The notes below the pieces were generated by a model. It was given only the letters and a program-made list of their open reading frames with translations. It searched no databases and was not told the origin of the DNA. A stretch of 61,538 nt of DNA, the filler included, from Porpidia crustulata (taxonomy: Eukaryota), in the NCBI GenBank assembly GCA_964255105.1. It is 11 parts of 11 records of this genome, joined end to end, with 100 filler letters (N's around TTAATTAATTAA, not from the genome) between each part and the next. Parts side by side here need not be neighbours in the genome. Positions count along the whole stretch, not along the records: positions 11,229 to 16,738 come from CAXUWE010001783.1; positions 16,839 to 22,346 come from CAXUWE010001784.1; positions 22,447 to 27,947 come from CAXUWE010001785.1; 8 more parts are not named here. The stretch is one strand, 5' to 3'. This document shows, piece after piece, positions 11,549 to 24,028 of the stretch (within the stretch, counting starts at the first letter, position 1; each line of letters starts with the position of its first letter). A program made the position numbers and the translations under genes.

Positions 11549-12008
11549 ATGGAGGGCACAAATTCGACTCATCTGCGAAGCTGACGACGATTGAATCGCA
11601 AGCATAGTAAGAGGTGAATACGAAATGCAACCAACGTCAAACCTTGATATAACGCAGGCGGCTTGCGACCACATAAGTGCCTATGATGGCCTATCAATTT
11701 CTTCGAGGTGCCTGATAGAGAGGCTTCCAATATTTCCACCATCAGCGTCTGCTTTCCGATCATGAAATATCCCAGGACAAGTATAAGTTCTACAACCGCG
11801 GCCATTCGATACTATGGTAAAAGAAAAGTATATCAAAACCTACCATGGATTTGACTTGCTCATGCCTTGGCTCATCAAAACGCAGCAGCACGTGATAGAG
11901 AAAATTAGGGCTCACCTCCCTGCGCCACCCTATTAGCGGCTACCATTAGCCAATGAGCGCCCCCTTGTTTCCAATGCCACCTTATCGATAAAGGTGAGGC
12001 TTCCGTAG

Positions 12009-12016
12009 TATATAAA
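12009..12016 (+). promoter_or_regulatory. TATA box of the metallothionein gene
   Basis: TATATAAA about 135 nt upstream of ATG 12146, followed by a CT-rich leader. Confidence 0.65.
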
Positions 12017-12145
12017 CCTCTCCCATCCAGCTCCTCATACTGATCACATTCTTAATTTTACCAATTCAGCTCTTCTTGACTACTTGTCCAACAAAGAATA
12101 TTCATCAACATTCTTCTCGAAACTACCATTAAATCACTACTCATA

Positions 12146-12670
12146 ATGGCTGTTCCCACAACATGCTGCGGCCGCTCTTCCGGTGAATGCGTCTGTGCGA
12201 CTCAGGCCAAGTGCTCGTGCGGCAAGCAATCTGCGCTGAACTGTAACTGTGAGAAGGCAGCCACCGAGAATACTGTCGCTGGGCCTCGGTGCTCATGCCG
12301 TAAGCTTCCCATTCCTTCCATCATCCATTTCCCCCCCCCACTACCCCGAGTGACCTTCACATCCTCCAAACATCAGCCAAAAACCCTTTGTAGACTTTGT
12401 TAATGAAAGAAATTCATCGTTACTAACACCGGACCTAGGTGCTCGCGCCGCCGGCGAATGCACGTGTGAGCGCGCTAGGACTGAGAACGCCAAACCGGCC
12501 GGATCGACATGTGCATGCGGAGCTAGGCCTACCGGTATGTTCTGCTCTGCTACCGCGTTCGAATACACACTTACACTTGAATCCTAGACGCTTGCAGCTG
12601 CGAGAAAGCCGCAGACGGTGGGATCTTGCCTACAGAGACAGATTTCACAACCAAAGCGTCCGGGGCTTAG
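12146..12670 (+). CDS. Cys-rich metallothionein-like copper-resistance protein (Crd2/CrdA-like), 110 aa, 3 exons
   Basis: Exons 12146-12299, 12439-12534 and 12588-12670 give MAVPTTCCGRSSGECVCATQAKCSCGKQSALNCNCEKAATENTVAGPRCSCRARAAGECTCERARTENAKPAGSTCACGARPTDACSCEKAADGGILPTETDFTTKASGA; 16 Cys, mostly CxC. Confidence 0.88.
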
Positions 12671-13571
12671 ATCTGGGTGTTTATACTACGCTGGGCATTG
12701 ATGAGAGAACCAGATGTGGTGTGGGTGAAGAACAGATATACGTTCGCAAACAGGGCGAGAGATGGCAAGAAACAAAGGCGTTGATCATAGGTCCTTGATA
12801 CCAGGCGTTGGCTGAGATTGATTATCGTGTACTCGTATACTTCTAAGTGCAGATACGTTTGGCCACACTCACATTCCTGCGTGATTAATGACCCGTATCT
12901 GCCGTTTATCTGAATGTATGCTAGGTGCATCTCTTACAGCCGAGTCTGTGCCACGACAAGGCTGCAGATTCCTTCTGCACCGTTATTCTTGTACCTTGCA
13001 GGTACATGCTGTGCACGTATCACATGTATACTCGAGCTTACTTAGAGATCAGAGTGAGTCCCAAGAGGCCTTCACTGCTAAACCCAGCCATGGATGTTGG
13101 CACTCGGATCATCGTTTCGCCGCCTTATGCTGATTGGTACCCTGGCACTAGCATTGGAGGTTGTCCGGTGCTTTTCCGCATTCTTGGCAACAGTTCGAGC
13201 ACATCTTCAAGCGAGCGATTTGTACACATCTTGTATTCGTACCATGGAAGATCGGACTATCTGAGCCGTAATTGGAGTTTCTCGCTGTTATTTGCCGCAC
13301 TATTTGGAAGTGAAGGGAGTCTGTAAGAACGTTGACGAAAAGCAACGCTTACCCTCCCATTCTCCGACTGTCGACGCGCTAGCGAAACGTGCCCAAACCA
13401 TATCCATTACACACGACCCGTAGCCAATTGAGCGTAAACTTGGTGTCATGCCGCTCTGATCATCTTCGCCAAGTACAACCCTATATCCAGAAGACTGGCG
13501 CAACCTTCAAGCTGGCGAGCGCGGCGGCAGCCGGCTTCCTGGGCCGGGGAAGCTCTGGGAATCAGTCTTCT

Positions 13572-16500
13572 ATGCGAGGGCTTGTCCAATTCATAGCAGA
13601 CCTGAGAAACGCCAGAGCAAGAGACTTGGAAGAGAAGCGCATAAATAAGGAATTGGCAAACATACGGCAAAAGTTCAAGGATGGAAACCTCAGTGGATAT
13701 CACAAGAAAAAGTATGTTTGCAAGTTATTGTACGTGTATATCTTAGGTTGGAATGTCGACTTCGGCCATCTTGAAGCAGTCAACCTCATCTCCGGCAATA
13801 AGTACTCGGAAAAGCAGATTGGCTATCTGGCTGTGACGCTGTTCTTACACGAGCAGCACGAGCTACTCCATCTCGTGGTAAACAGTATAAGAAAGGACTT
13901 GCTATCGCATAACGAGCTGTTCAATTGCTTGGCTCTCCATGCCATTGCCAATGTTGGCGGGCGGGAGATGGGTGAGGCGTTAAGTGCAGATGTACATAGG
14001 TTACTCATATCACCGTATGTACTTCCAAATGTGAGTACATCTATAAGCTGATGACCGTAGCACATCAAAAGCGTTTGTTAAGAAGAAAGCTGCATTGACT
14101 TTACTACGGCTTTATCGAAAATATCCGGCTATTGTCCAGCAGGAATGGGCGGAGAGGATAATCTCCTTAATGGATGACCCTGATATGGGAGTGACACTAT
14201 CAGTCACCTCTCTGGTAATGTCGTTGGCTCAGGATGAGCCTGATCAGTATAAAGGAGGCTATGTGAAGGCTGCGCAGCGACTGAAGAAGATTGTCGTAGA
14301 TAACGACGTTCAGCCAGACTACCTATACTATAAGGTGCCTTGTCCATGGATACAAGTCAAACTGCTGAGGTTGATGCAATACTACCCCCCTTCAGGTTTG
14401 TTGCCTTCTCTTTTCGGGACAATACCCATTCTCTGACTCGGAAACAGAAGACACTCACGTTCGGAATCTAATCCGAGAATCGCTTCAGCAAATCTTGCAC
14501 GAGGCGATGCAGATGCCCAAAAATGTTCAGCAGAATAATGCACAAAACGCCGTGCTATTCGAAGCGATCAACCTAGTTATCCACCTAGATACTGAACAAA
14601 ATTTGATGGTACAGATATCATCGAGACTTGGCAAGTTTATTCAGTCGCGAGAAACTAACGTCCGCTATCTCGGGCTAGAGGCAATGGCCCATTTTGCTGC
14701 CCGAGCAGAAACCCTCGATCCAATTAAACGACATCAAAATATTATCATTGGTTCGTTGCGAGACAGAGATATCAGTGTCCGGCGAAAGGGCCTGGATTTA
14801 CTGTACAGCATGTGCGACCCGTCAAATTCGCAACCCATTGTCAACGAACTATTAAAATACCTCGCCAGTGCTGACTATGCAATTCGTGAAGAAATGGTTC
14901 TGAAAATCGCCATTTTGACTGAAAAGTACGCCACGGATATCCAGTGGTATGTGGATATATCGCTACGGCTCATCGCCATGGCCGGTGATCATGTTAGTGA
15001 TGAGGTGTGGCAACGAGTCATCCAGATTGTGACCAACAACGAAGAGCTTCAAGTCTATGCTGCACAGCATATTCTTGAATATATCAAAGGTGAGGCATGC
15101 CATGAGACGCTAGTCAAAATAGGGGGCTACCTTCTAGGTGAATTTGGACATCTCATAGCGGATAGCAAAGACTGCAGCCCAATCGAGCAGTTCTTGGCCC
15201 TACAAAGTAAATTGAAAGGATGTTCAATCAGTACCCGAGCTATCCTTCTTTCCTGCTTCATCAAATATGTCAATCTCTTCCCTGAGATAAAACCACAGTT
15301 ACTACATGTCTTCCGGGCCTACAGTCATACTTTGGACCCCGAACTCCAACAACGAGCTTGCGAATATCTCACTCTCGCCACCCTTCCAACGGACGATCTA
15401 TTAAGAACAGTGTGTGATGAAATGCCACCATTCCCAGAACGACAGTCTGCCTTACTTTCGCGGCTCCACGGCAAACACGCAGGAACTAGCGACAAGCGAA
15501 CATGGGTTGTTGGTGGTAAAGACGCCAACGCCGACTTGAAAGAGATCCAACTGACCCAAGCCACCGGCACTAACGGCCTCAAACGCTCATTTACCGCTCC
15601 TACCAACGGCGCCCTCTCACCCACGACCAGCGGCCCTTCACAGCCTATTACCAATGGTACACATGGCACTCATACCAACGGCACTCACACCGACCTTGAA
15701 GGCCTCGAGATGACCTCCTCCAGTACCCCGAAACCCCCCAACCTAGCCTCTGCCGCCCACCTCAGCCAGGGCTGGGAAACCGGCTACAAACGCCTCCTCT
15801 TCTCTGACGAAGGCATCCTGTACGAAGACTCGCAGATCCAGATCGGTCTGCGCTCCGAGTACCGCGGCAGTATGGGCTGCCTCATAATCTATTTCACCAA
15901 CCGCTCCTCTATCGCCATCGGCTCCTTCACCACCACCCTCGATAACCAGTCCTCAGACGCGCTCAAAATCGATACCAAGAGTCTACCCGACAGCACCATC
16001 CAGCCCGAAGCTCAAGCCCAGCAGACAATCATGTTCAACGCCCTCGCCCCCTTCTCCCTACCGCCCACCATCCGCGTCTCCTACCTCGCCGGCGCACTAC
16101 AAGCGCTAACGCTCCAATTACCCGTCACATCGCACAGGTTCATGGATCCGGCCGACCTCTCCGCCGACGACTTCTTCAAGCGCTGGCGACAGATTGGCGG
16201 ACCGCCTCGAGAGACCCAACGAGTCGTCGGCCTGTCCACTAAAGGGGCATCGATTGACCGAGCATTTACAAACCGTATGGTCGGCAAACTGCGGTGGGGT
16301 GTGCTGAAAGGCGTGGATCCGAACGAGAGGAACGTGGTCGGGGCTGGGGTCTTGTACACGGGCAAAGAAGGCGGCGTGGAAGGGGGTAAATTTGGCTGTT
16401 TGGTCCGCGTGGAGCCGAATTACGAGACCATGGTAATTTCCCCCTTTATCACTTCTTTCTTGCGGGTTTTGAGGATTACTTGTGTGTCAGTGACGAAAGG

Positions 16501-16621
16501 CTAATACCTCGGTGACCAACAGCACTACCGCATCACAATCCGCGCGACGGACGAATCGGTGCCACCGGTGCTGATGAAGCTGATGGAAGAGGTCTTGACT
16601 CAGGGCGCGCAGATGGAGTAG
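13572..16621 (+). CDS. APL3: AP-2 adaptor complex alpha subunit (possible CUG start at 13512)
   Basis: MRGLVQFIADLRNARARDLEEKRINKELANIRQKF; adaptin trunk and appendage domains; introns 14015-14060, 14396-14447, 16433-16522. Confidence 0.96.
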
Positions 16622-16738
16622 GACGGGTTGATTTAACTTCTCTTCTGTCCATTTCTATCGTTGTGGGGAGGTTAGGGTCGGCGTTTCACGGCACGCCAGG
16701 CATCAGCGGCGTTTGGGTCTGCGTGGGCGGGAGTAGGG

Positions 16739-16838
16739 NNNNNNNNNNNNNNNNNNNNNNNNNNNNNNNNNNNNNNNNNNNNTTAATTAATTAANNNNNN
16801 NNNNNNNNNNNNNNNNNNNNNNNNNNNNNNNNNNNNNN
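16739..16838. other. Artificial contig-joining spacer
   Basis: N44-TTAATTAATTAA-N44. Confidence 0.98.
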
Positions 16839-17189
16839 CACAGGGCTAGGAGGCGATTCGCTGGATGCCACCTAGCTGGCAGGGCTAGGTGGGTGTTCTG
16901 ATGAATAGCAACAGAATGTTTTATTAGAAACTAAAGCTCGGGCGATCTAAATACTGTCAGACAGCTGACTAAGCTCTCGGTCAATGCTTCTTCCGAAAAC
17001 AAGCCCAATGAACTGTACCTACATCAGTACACAGTAGGGAAGTATTGATGACTATAATATGACTAATATGACGAGAGCATGCCTATCTACCCGTGCTACC
17101 GACCTATTTACAATAAAGCGGGTGCGGATTACCTATCTATCAACCATTTTCCCACAGGATGTCACCTTCAACGAAGATATCTTTCCAAC

Positions 17190-18254
17190 ATGGCATCTAA
17201 GGTCCCTCGCTTGAACCCTGGACTCATGGCTAGACTGTGGTCACGGCCAACTTCCACTCAATCATCGAGGGTGTCTGCATCCAGCACGAAAGCTCTACAT
17301 CAGACTGTGAGAACATCGACGCGAACTCTCTGGAGCCCCCATTCACGGCCGACCATATACTCATCACCCACTTCGCCTGTCGTGATACCTTTTCCTTCCG
17401 CGTTTGGAATTAGAACCATCTTCATACAGACAGAAAATACCCCCAACGCCGACGTAGGTTTGCTTCACGTCCAAAGGTTTCCGATGCTGACAACACGAGG
17501 CACTCAAATTTCTACCCAATCATCCAATCCTCCCCAGCACTCTCTCATCATCATTTGTGGAGTACCTATCTCCACGATCAACATTAGCCCCTCCCCATCC
17601 ATCGCCACTTGCCGCGCGACTTTTGAGCATTGACGGAGTCACATCAGTCTTCTACGGTTCTGATTTCATCACTGTTACAAAAGCGGCTGACGCCACCTGG
17701 GGGCACCTTAAGCCTGAAGTGTTCAGCCTGATCACAGAAGCAGTAAACTCTGGGGAGCAGATAGTAAATACGATCGATAACAAATTCGCCGACGCAGGTC
17801 AAGGGGGAGGTCATGAAGACACGCTCGGATACGATGAAAAAGATAGCGAGGTGGTCGGCATGATCAAGGAACTGTTGATGACGAGGATTCAACCAGCGAT
17901 CCAAGAGGATGGAGGAGATATAGAATTTCGGGGCTTTGAGGATGGTAATGTCCTGTTGAAGTTGCGTGGAGCATGTAGAACTTGTGACTCCAGCGCGGTG
18001 ACTCTTAAAAACGGCATAGAGAGCATGTTGATGCACTACGTAAGTTCGCAACAGGAAGACGAGGAGAATCAAAATCCACTAACAATAGAGCTTAGATTGA
18101 GGAGGTCAAGGGTGTCACCCAGGTTCTTGATCAGGAAGAGGAGATTGCTATTCGGGAATTCGCTAAATTCGAGGAGAGATTGCGAGAGCAAAGAGGCCCA
18201 GATGCGACTGCTTCAACGATTGATAAAAGGAACCTGGATACCGTGAGGGTATAA
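17190..18254 (+). CDS. NFU1: Mitochondrial NifU-like Fe-S cluster carrier Nfu1
   Basis: Presequence-like N-terminus, RTIFIQTENTPNAD|ALKF, SPLAARLL, IQEDGGDIEFRGF, LRGACRTCDSS, LMHY|IEEVKGV; introns about 17454-17499 and 18040-18095. Confidence 0.94.
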
Positions 18255-20749
18255 TCGCAGGTGTGGCGACTTCCGAAGGCATTTTGCGATGTGATTTGGT
18301 TGGCTATACTCGGCGCACGGCGTTGCCGTTCTCAATGTTGGGGCTTGTCCTCACGGTAAGTTTGAACTTCAGTAAAAGATCGGCAAGATCTCACGTAGGC
18401 CAATATTCTCTATTAGGTCGTAAGTGCGCCCATACAAATCAGAGGGCACAAGCGGAGAAAGTGCAATACAATGCATGCTGGCTTGGGCTGAGTCAGACTC
18501 CACAATGATCCCTTATTGCATGAACCTTCTTAATGATTAAAGCATGGTATCACGGCATCTATCATTTTATGACTACTTACTACAGATGGCTGCGGTGCAG
18601 TGCAGTCGTCGGGCTGTCATGTCCAGCTGGTCCATACAGGGATCGGCGATCTGATTCCGACCATTCAGGTGAACGGCACTAATCGTATCATTGGCCGAAT
18701 ATAACCCTCCCTTCCCCCAAACCCACCAACAATCCCACTTGGGGTGACTTGCAGATTTCCCCAAACTCCTTCTCCGCATTTTCCTAAACGCCTCTCGCTC
18801 GCTTACCTATCTAAATCGAGGGTCCCGAGGGGTTATTTTCAAACTACTCGTAAAGAGTCGAGACTAAATGCCTTAGCTGCTAAATAGTCAAAATAATACC
18901 TTACTCACCCCACTACCTTAACCTACACCTACCCTCCCTGCATGCTGGGGTTCGTCTCTTTGCTCTCCCATCCTAGAGCTAAAAACAACCTCCTCTCTCC
19001 TTTCCAGCCCACAACCCCAAACTCATCAACTGTTCGTAGGTCTGGATTTTTCCGAATTTCAGATTTCCGGGACTCGCGACACTTTGGCATTGGCCTCCAA
19101 TTAAGCACTCAGCTGCCCCCGCCGCAGCGCCTCAGAATAACCCTCTCGCCGCCCTCTTATTCCCTCTTGTCCCAACCCGACGCATAGCGTATTTCCAGAG
19201 GCAGAATCCGACTTGGAAGGGCAGTGAAGGGCCTCTTCCCACCATCAGCTATTCCATATCTGCCACAGGTAGATACTCAGAGTTGGTGGGAGGAGGACTG
19301 GCGAAGTCCAGATTTTGGGCTCTCCTGATGGTCTTGTCCTGACGATACCAACACATTCTAGCGGCGACGTTCCCTCGGTACATAGCAGCAGACTCTGACT
19401 CCGTCATGCTCTTCTCCCTAATGTCTAAATAACGGCATATGTACTATCAACGTTCTACTAGACTCGGTACGCCTTTCACATCCCCCTGCATTATATCATA
19501 CCATTCCCATTGCTAAATTCGTGAAGATACACTTCAGCTCCAGTCTTCGCCCTCTGCTCCAAATTTGTCGTGCCCCGAATTTAGTTATAATTGGAAAGAC
19601 TCGGTCAATACTCGTTCTTCGATAGAGAAACTAGGTGAGGACCCTAGATCATTTTGGTCCTTTACCTGAAGATCTGCTGTCCTGTCCTGTGTCTGTTTTA
19701 AGTTGGTATGAGGCATCCGATATCCCATCCTTTCTTGCGCTGTCGCATTGCCGTGTAGCGAGCAGACGGTAGTTCTAGTTGGCAGAGGACCACCACTCTA
19801 TATCCCGCCAGGGACTCTGCTCACACCGGTGATGTGTATCGACATGCAATATACTGATACGGTTTTAGAACATGTGAAGAAATCACATTGACCAGAATTA
19901 TCGACTCGTTCAACTAGATCTCCTTCAAGCCACAGTTTACCCTTTGTAGTCCCATCTTGGATTGTGGTCAGATTCCACTCAGGGAACCTGTACGATCAAT
20001 CTGTACTTGAAGACTACTCGTGCACGCACGCCGACGAGGAATTTTAAAGCCCCTTATCTACGGAAATTCAATACCATCTTCCCATTAGGGTACGATACTC
20101 TTTCTTCAATGCAACTTAGTAGCTGATATCTTCAAGTAGTGATCACTTCGTACCAAGGCAGACCGTTATCATCAATCTTTACGTTCTAATTTTGTTAATA
20201 TAAGCTGTTGTCAAAGGCCTGGAATATTTCAACATTCGTAAGTTGTCGAACATTGGTAAATCAAGATTGCATTGAGATATATGTTCAGTCACTAAATCTC
20301 TTCTGACTTCAGGCATTAGACCTCAGCAAGGGCTTAATTTACAAGGCCCAGGCTATTCCATTCATATTGAGCGTTCTTTCCGAGGGTACTTCACCCTCGT
20401 TGGCTATAGCTGCACTCTGCTCTATTCTGTAGACGCAATCTGCTGCTCTCTGACCTTGCGGCCGGAAACTCATCAAACCACGCCAGAATTGCAGACGCCG
20501 ACTCGATTTAGATACTGCTTACTACATCGGACTCATCTCAAATCTCCCAGAATTAAACGCTACGATCTTTCATAGTCTCCAGATTACAGCCCCAGTGGAT
20601 GCTGACTGCATCTGCCCTCTACGCCGCGGACTCCAGTCCAGTGGACTGAGTACCTCATTCAAACTACCCCCTCAACCTCTTGATCCCTGGAGTGCACGTC
20701 TGTACGGTAATCTTCAAAGAATATTGAACAAACAATCTGTTTCGACGAC

Positions 20750-22346
20750 ATGGCCGCTCACGCAAATCCACAAGTCAACGTTCCTCAAGGTAAACGGGCA
20801 TCCTTGAGTGCTTTTTCGGGCACCAATACATCCATGTTCCTTGATAAGGCAAAGCCTGGGATTCGAGGATCCACACCGGACTCGGAGGCCCTCGCATCTT
20901 CCGACGATGAACAAGATCAACATCATCGTTTGCACACAGTCACTAGCCATAATTCTTATACATCGAAGCCAACCCATCGCGGTTCGTGGCTGACAGAAGT
21001 TCAACAGCCACTACAACGAAAGGGGTCCTTGAACGGAGGTGGCCCTTTCTCCCCCTCAAGTCCTCATCCAACTTCTAACTCCGCGGACCAAAGCTCCTGG
21101 AATACCACCCAAGCTAGTGGAGGGCGTGGACATTCCAACAGCGCCTCCTTTCCTTGGGGAAGCGCAATCTGGAATAACGAGTCCTCCAAGGGACCGCCAT
21201 TGCGATTGACCGAGGTTTTGCCGTCGCCTACTAGCACAGTTCCCCCGATCGGAATTTATTCAGATGACCCACTCTTGAGTCCCCCAATCGCACGGGAGAA
21301 TACTGCAGAATCTTCCATCCCATTCGCAATTCCGTTACACCCGACTTTGAAGACATACCGCTCGCAGTCATACTCGGTTGGTCAACTGGACCCAGAGGTA
21401 GCAATCGGCCTTCCTATCAATTATACAGGACCCTCATTCAACGGTCGTCCCCGAAACGGGTCTTCATATGCTGGTCTTCAGCATAGGCCTTCTCGTCCGA
21501 GCATGCTGGGCGAATTACCTCGCGATGCCTTGGGGCAGCTTCGAGAAGTCGAAGATGACGAAAGCTCGAACGATTCTGAGTCTGGCGGGCATCTATCTAC
21601 AGCCCAAGCGCGAACAATTGAACAGCTTGCGATGGAAAATGCTATCCTTCGCCAGGCAGCTGCAGATCATATGGAAGGTAATAAGATCAGGAATCGAGGA
21701 CTTACGGCCACATCTCACACGAGTGGCCGGAATACCATGCACGGACAGCAACGCATCCGCGAGAGTGTGCCGGAAGAGACCGACTATGCTTTGTACGACT
21801 TTGACGATACGTACATGAATCAATCGTACAACCACGAGAGCGTAGGTCGCGACGTATCCAGGAACTACAGCGCTAACTCGGGAGAGCAGTACTCTGCCAC
21901 AGGCGTTGCCGAAAATCGGACATTAGAAAGCGTCAAGAAGGGCCACTGGCAAAGTTCGTTGGGGTTTGGCGGAACAGCGGAGCCCCCCCAAAGTAGGCGC
22001 CACTCGTTCGCGGACGTTCCAACCCGTCAGACTTCAATCAGCTCAAACGGAGATACCCAGAGTGGACTTGTAACGGCGGAAAACGGTGTAAGAGCTGGCG
22101 GACGGCTGGGCAGCCCGGGAGGATATGGCGATACTTTGGCTCGCCCGTCCCAAGGCGAAGGTAGTAAGTATAACGAATTTCGTATCCGTCTCGCCCTCGA
22201 AGAAAGTCTAGAATCCGAACATTTACGCGATCGTAATTTTGCAGCTTCATATTTCGCCGGGGTAGACACTGCTCTACGCAACGGAGACGTCCATCGCCAA
22301 CCCATACCCCCGGCAACGCTCCACCAAGCATACACCATGCACGTAC
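20750..22346 (+). CDS. PSP1-domain protein, N-terminal part (truncated by contig end)
   Basis: STPDSEALASSDDE, IPFAIPLHPTLKTYRSQSYSVGQLD, GLQHRPSRPSML and SRRHSFAD recalled as conserved N-terminal blocks of filamentous-fungal PSP1 proteins; the PSP1 domain itself is not in the window. Confidence 0.65.
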
Positions 22347-22446
22347 NNNNNNNNNNNNNNNNNNNNNNNNNNNNNNNNNNNNNNNNNNNNTTAATTAATT
22401 AANNNNNNNNNNNNNNNNNNNNNNNNNNNNNNNNNNNNNNNNNNNN
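22347..22446. other. Artificial contig-joining spacer
   Basis: N44-TTAATTAATTAA-N44. Confidence 0.98.
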
Positions 22447-22516
22447 GGGAGGATACAGCGTTTAATGGGGTGGGACCTACCCAGAAGCCGGGGACGAAGA
22501 GGATGGTGGGGTGCAT
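22447..22516 (-). CDS. 5' end of an alpha/beta hydrolase (truncated)
   Basis: ccaacaATG then MHPTILFVPGFWVGPTPL, resembling the PTI-x-FVPG-x-W start of fungal AB-hydrolases. Confidence 0.55.
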
Positions 22517-24028
22517 TGTTGGAAAAGGGAATGAGTCTAGGCGAGGATCTAGGCGGTTGGGATTTAGTGTGCTGTTGAATTGATCGTAGATCAACATACA
22601 GAGGAAGGATATGGATCAGAAGAAAATGATCCGTGAGAGAAGCATCAGGCGAGGCAAGGGCCTTGTACAACGCAGTACTTTTGCTTGATTTCGTGACAGA
22701 ATTATTGGCTTGGTAATACTCGGTGCTTGTGTTTGAATTCGCACAGGCGTAAAAGCTCAAGAGAACGAGGTTGCAGCTGTGTGGTGGTACATGGACGCAC
22801 AAGGTGTGGGTTAGTACATACTTTCTCGAGAGACGCACAAGGTGGGTCAAGTAGCATCTTCATTTCTAAGCACGCTTCATTCTGAAAATAAAATCAATAG
22901 GAAGCAAACTCTGGCTAATTACCTGAAAGACTTGCTCGATTCGCTGCAAGGGACGTTTCATCAAATTTGTGAAGATATATAACTCAAAATACGGTGAAGT
23001 AATAACTTTAAAATACGTCAAGGTTTATCGGAGTTGTAACTTTCGTTTTTGATCCGAAATAACAGTAACCATCAATAGTAATACCTATAACGACTGTATC
23101 GATGACTTCAGACTGGTCGCTCGTACACTGCGTAACCAGTCAAGATTAATCCGTAGAGACTTAGCTTGAGGGCGCTCATTCGATAAAAGTTCAACGATGA
23201 CGTAGTTGATGATATCGTTTGAGAACTTGAGGCAGAGTTGAAGACGTCGTATTTACTGATTTAAGGTAGGTAGTCATGGTTCAAAGTGCCCTCCTTTACC
23301 GCTCCATCGGACAGACTATTCGCTGAATACTCAAGATCAGAGGAACAAAAGACAGACAAATTAAGATTTTGTGACTGTCATTAAACGAATGTCACGCGTT
23401 CGCATCTTAGCACGATTGAATTTCTTATATCAAATTACTTGATAGCGATAATTGTGCTGCGATGCTAAAACTGTTACAGTTGTTATGACTTTGCTTACTC
23501 GTCGACAGAAGCGATAATCCGAAAATTGAACGATTTGAGCTGACTCAGTTACTTTGTGACGACGCTAGAGGTCCTCTTTCAAAACTCGTCGTGCAGCTTC
23601 ATGAGTGATTTATTTCTTGCCTTGGTGATTATTCGCGAGTCAAAGGCTGACAGTTTCTGTGCGCGAATGAGTACCTTCTGCTCCACTAACATTCGCTGTC
23701 CCCCGTGCCATTCGGCTGTCCGCGTTTGGAAGAAAACTTGACATCCCCTGGCTTCTCTTCAACAACGTGTCCTGTAGATAGATCTGATTCGAAGAAAGTT
23801 TGCATCGTAAAAAGTGGTTAGGCGTGGAGACAGGATTGGCAGTAAAGGTCTGCTCGGAGAATTTCGGCTCCATGTATTGTATTTCAGCGCCATAGCCTCA
23901 TCCAAAGCTCTTCCAAGGGGTCCGGGTCCCATTGATGGGAGTATATTGCACAGACTTGCAAAGTAGCCCGGAATCGCAGCTTGCGGTAATATTTCTACAT
24001 TCTAGAAGTGATAAAAAATATGAACGAG

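Noticed and set aside
16868..16892. 9-bp hairpin ccacctagc/gctaggtgg
   Set aside because: Short stem at a contig edge; within chance expectation for 61 kb.
22860..23560. AT-rich stretch as a RIP-degraded transposon (similarly 10020-10260)
   Set aside because: No transposase or RT motifs and no termini recognisable; cannot be supported without a search.
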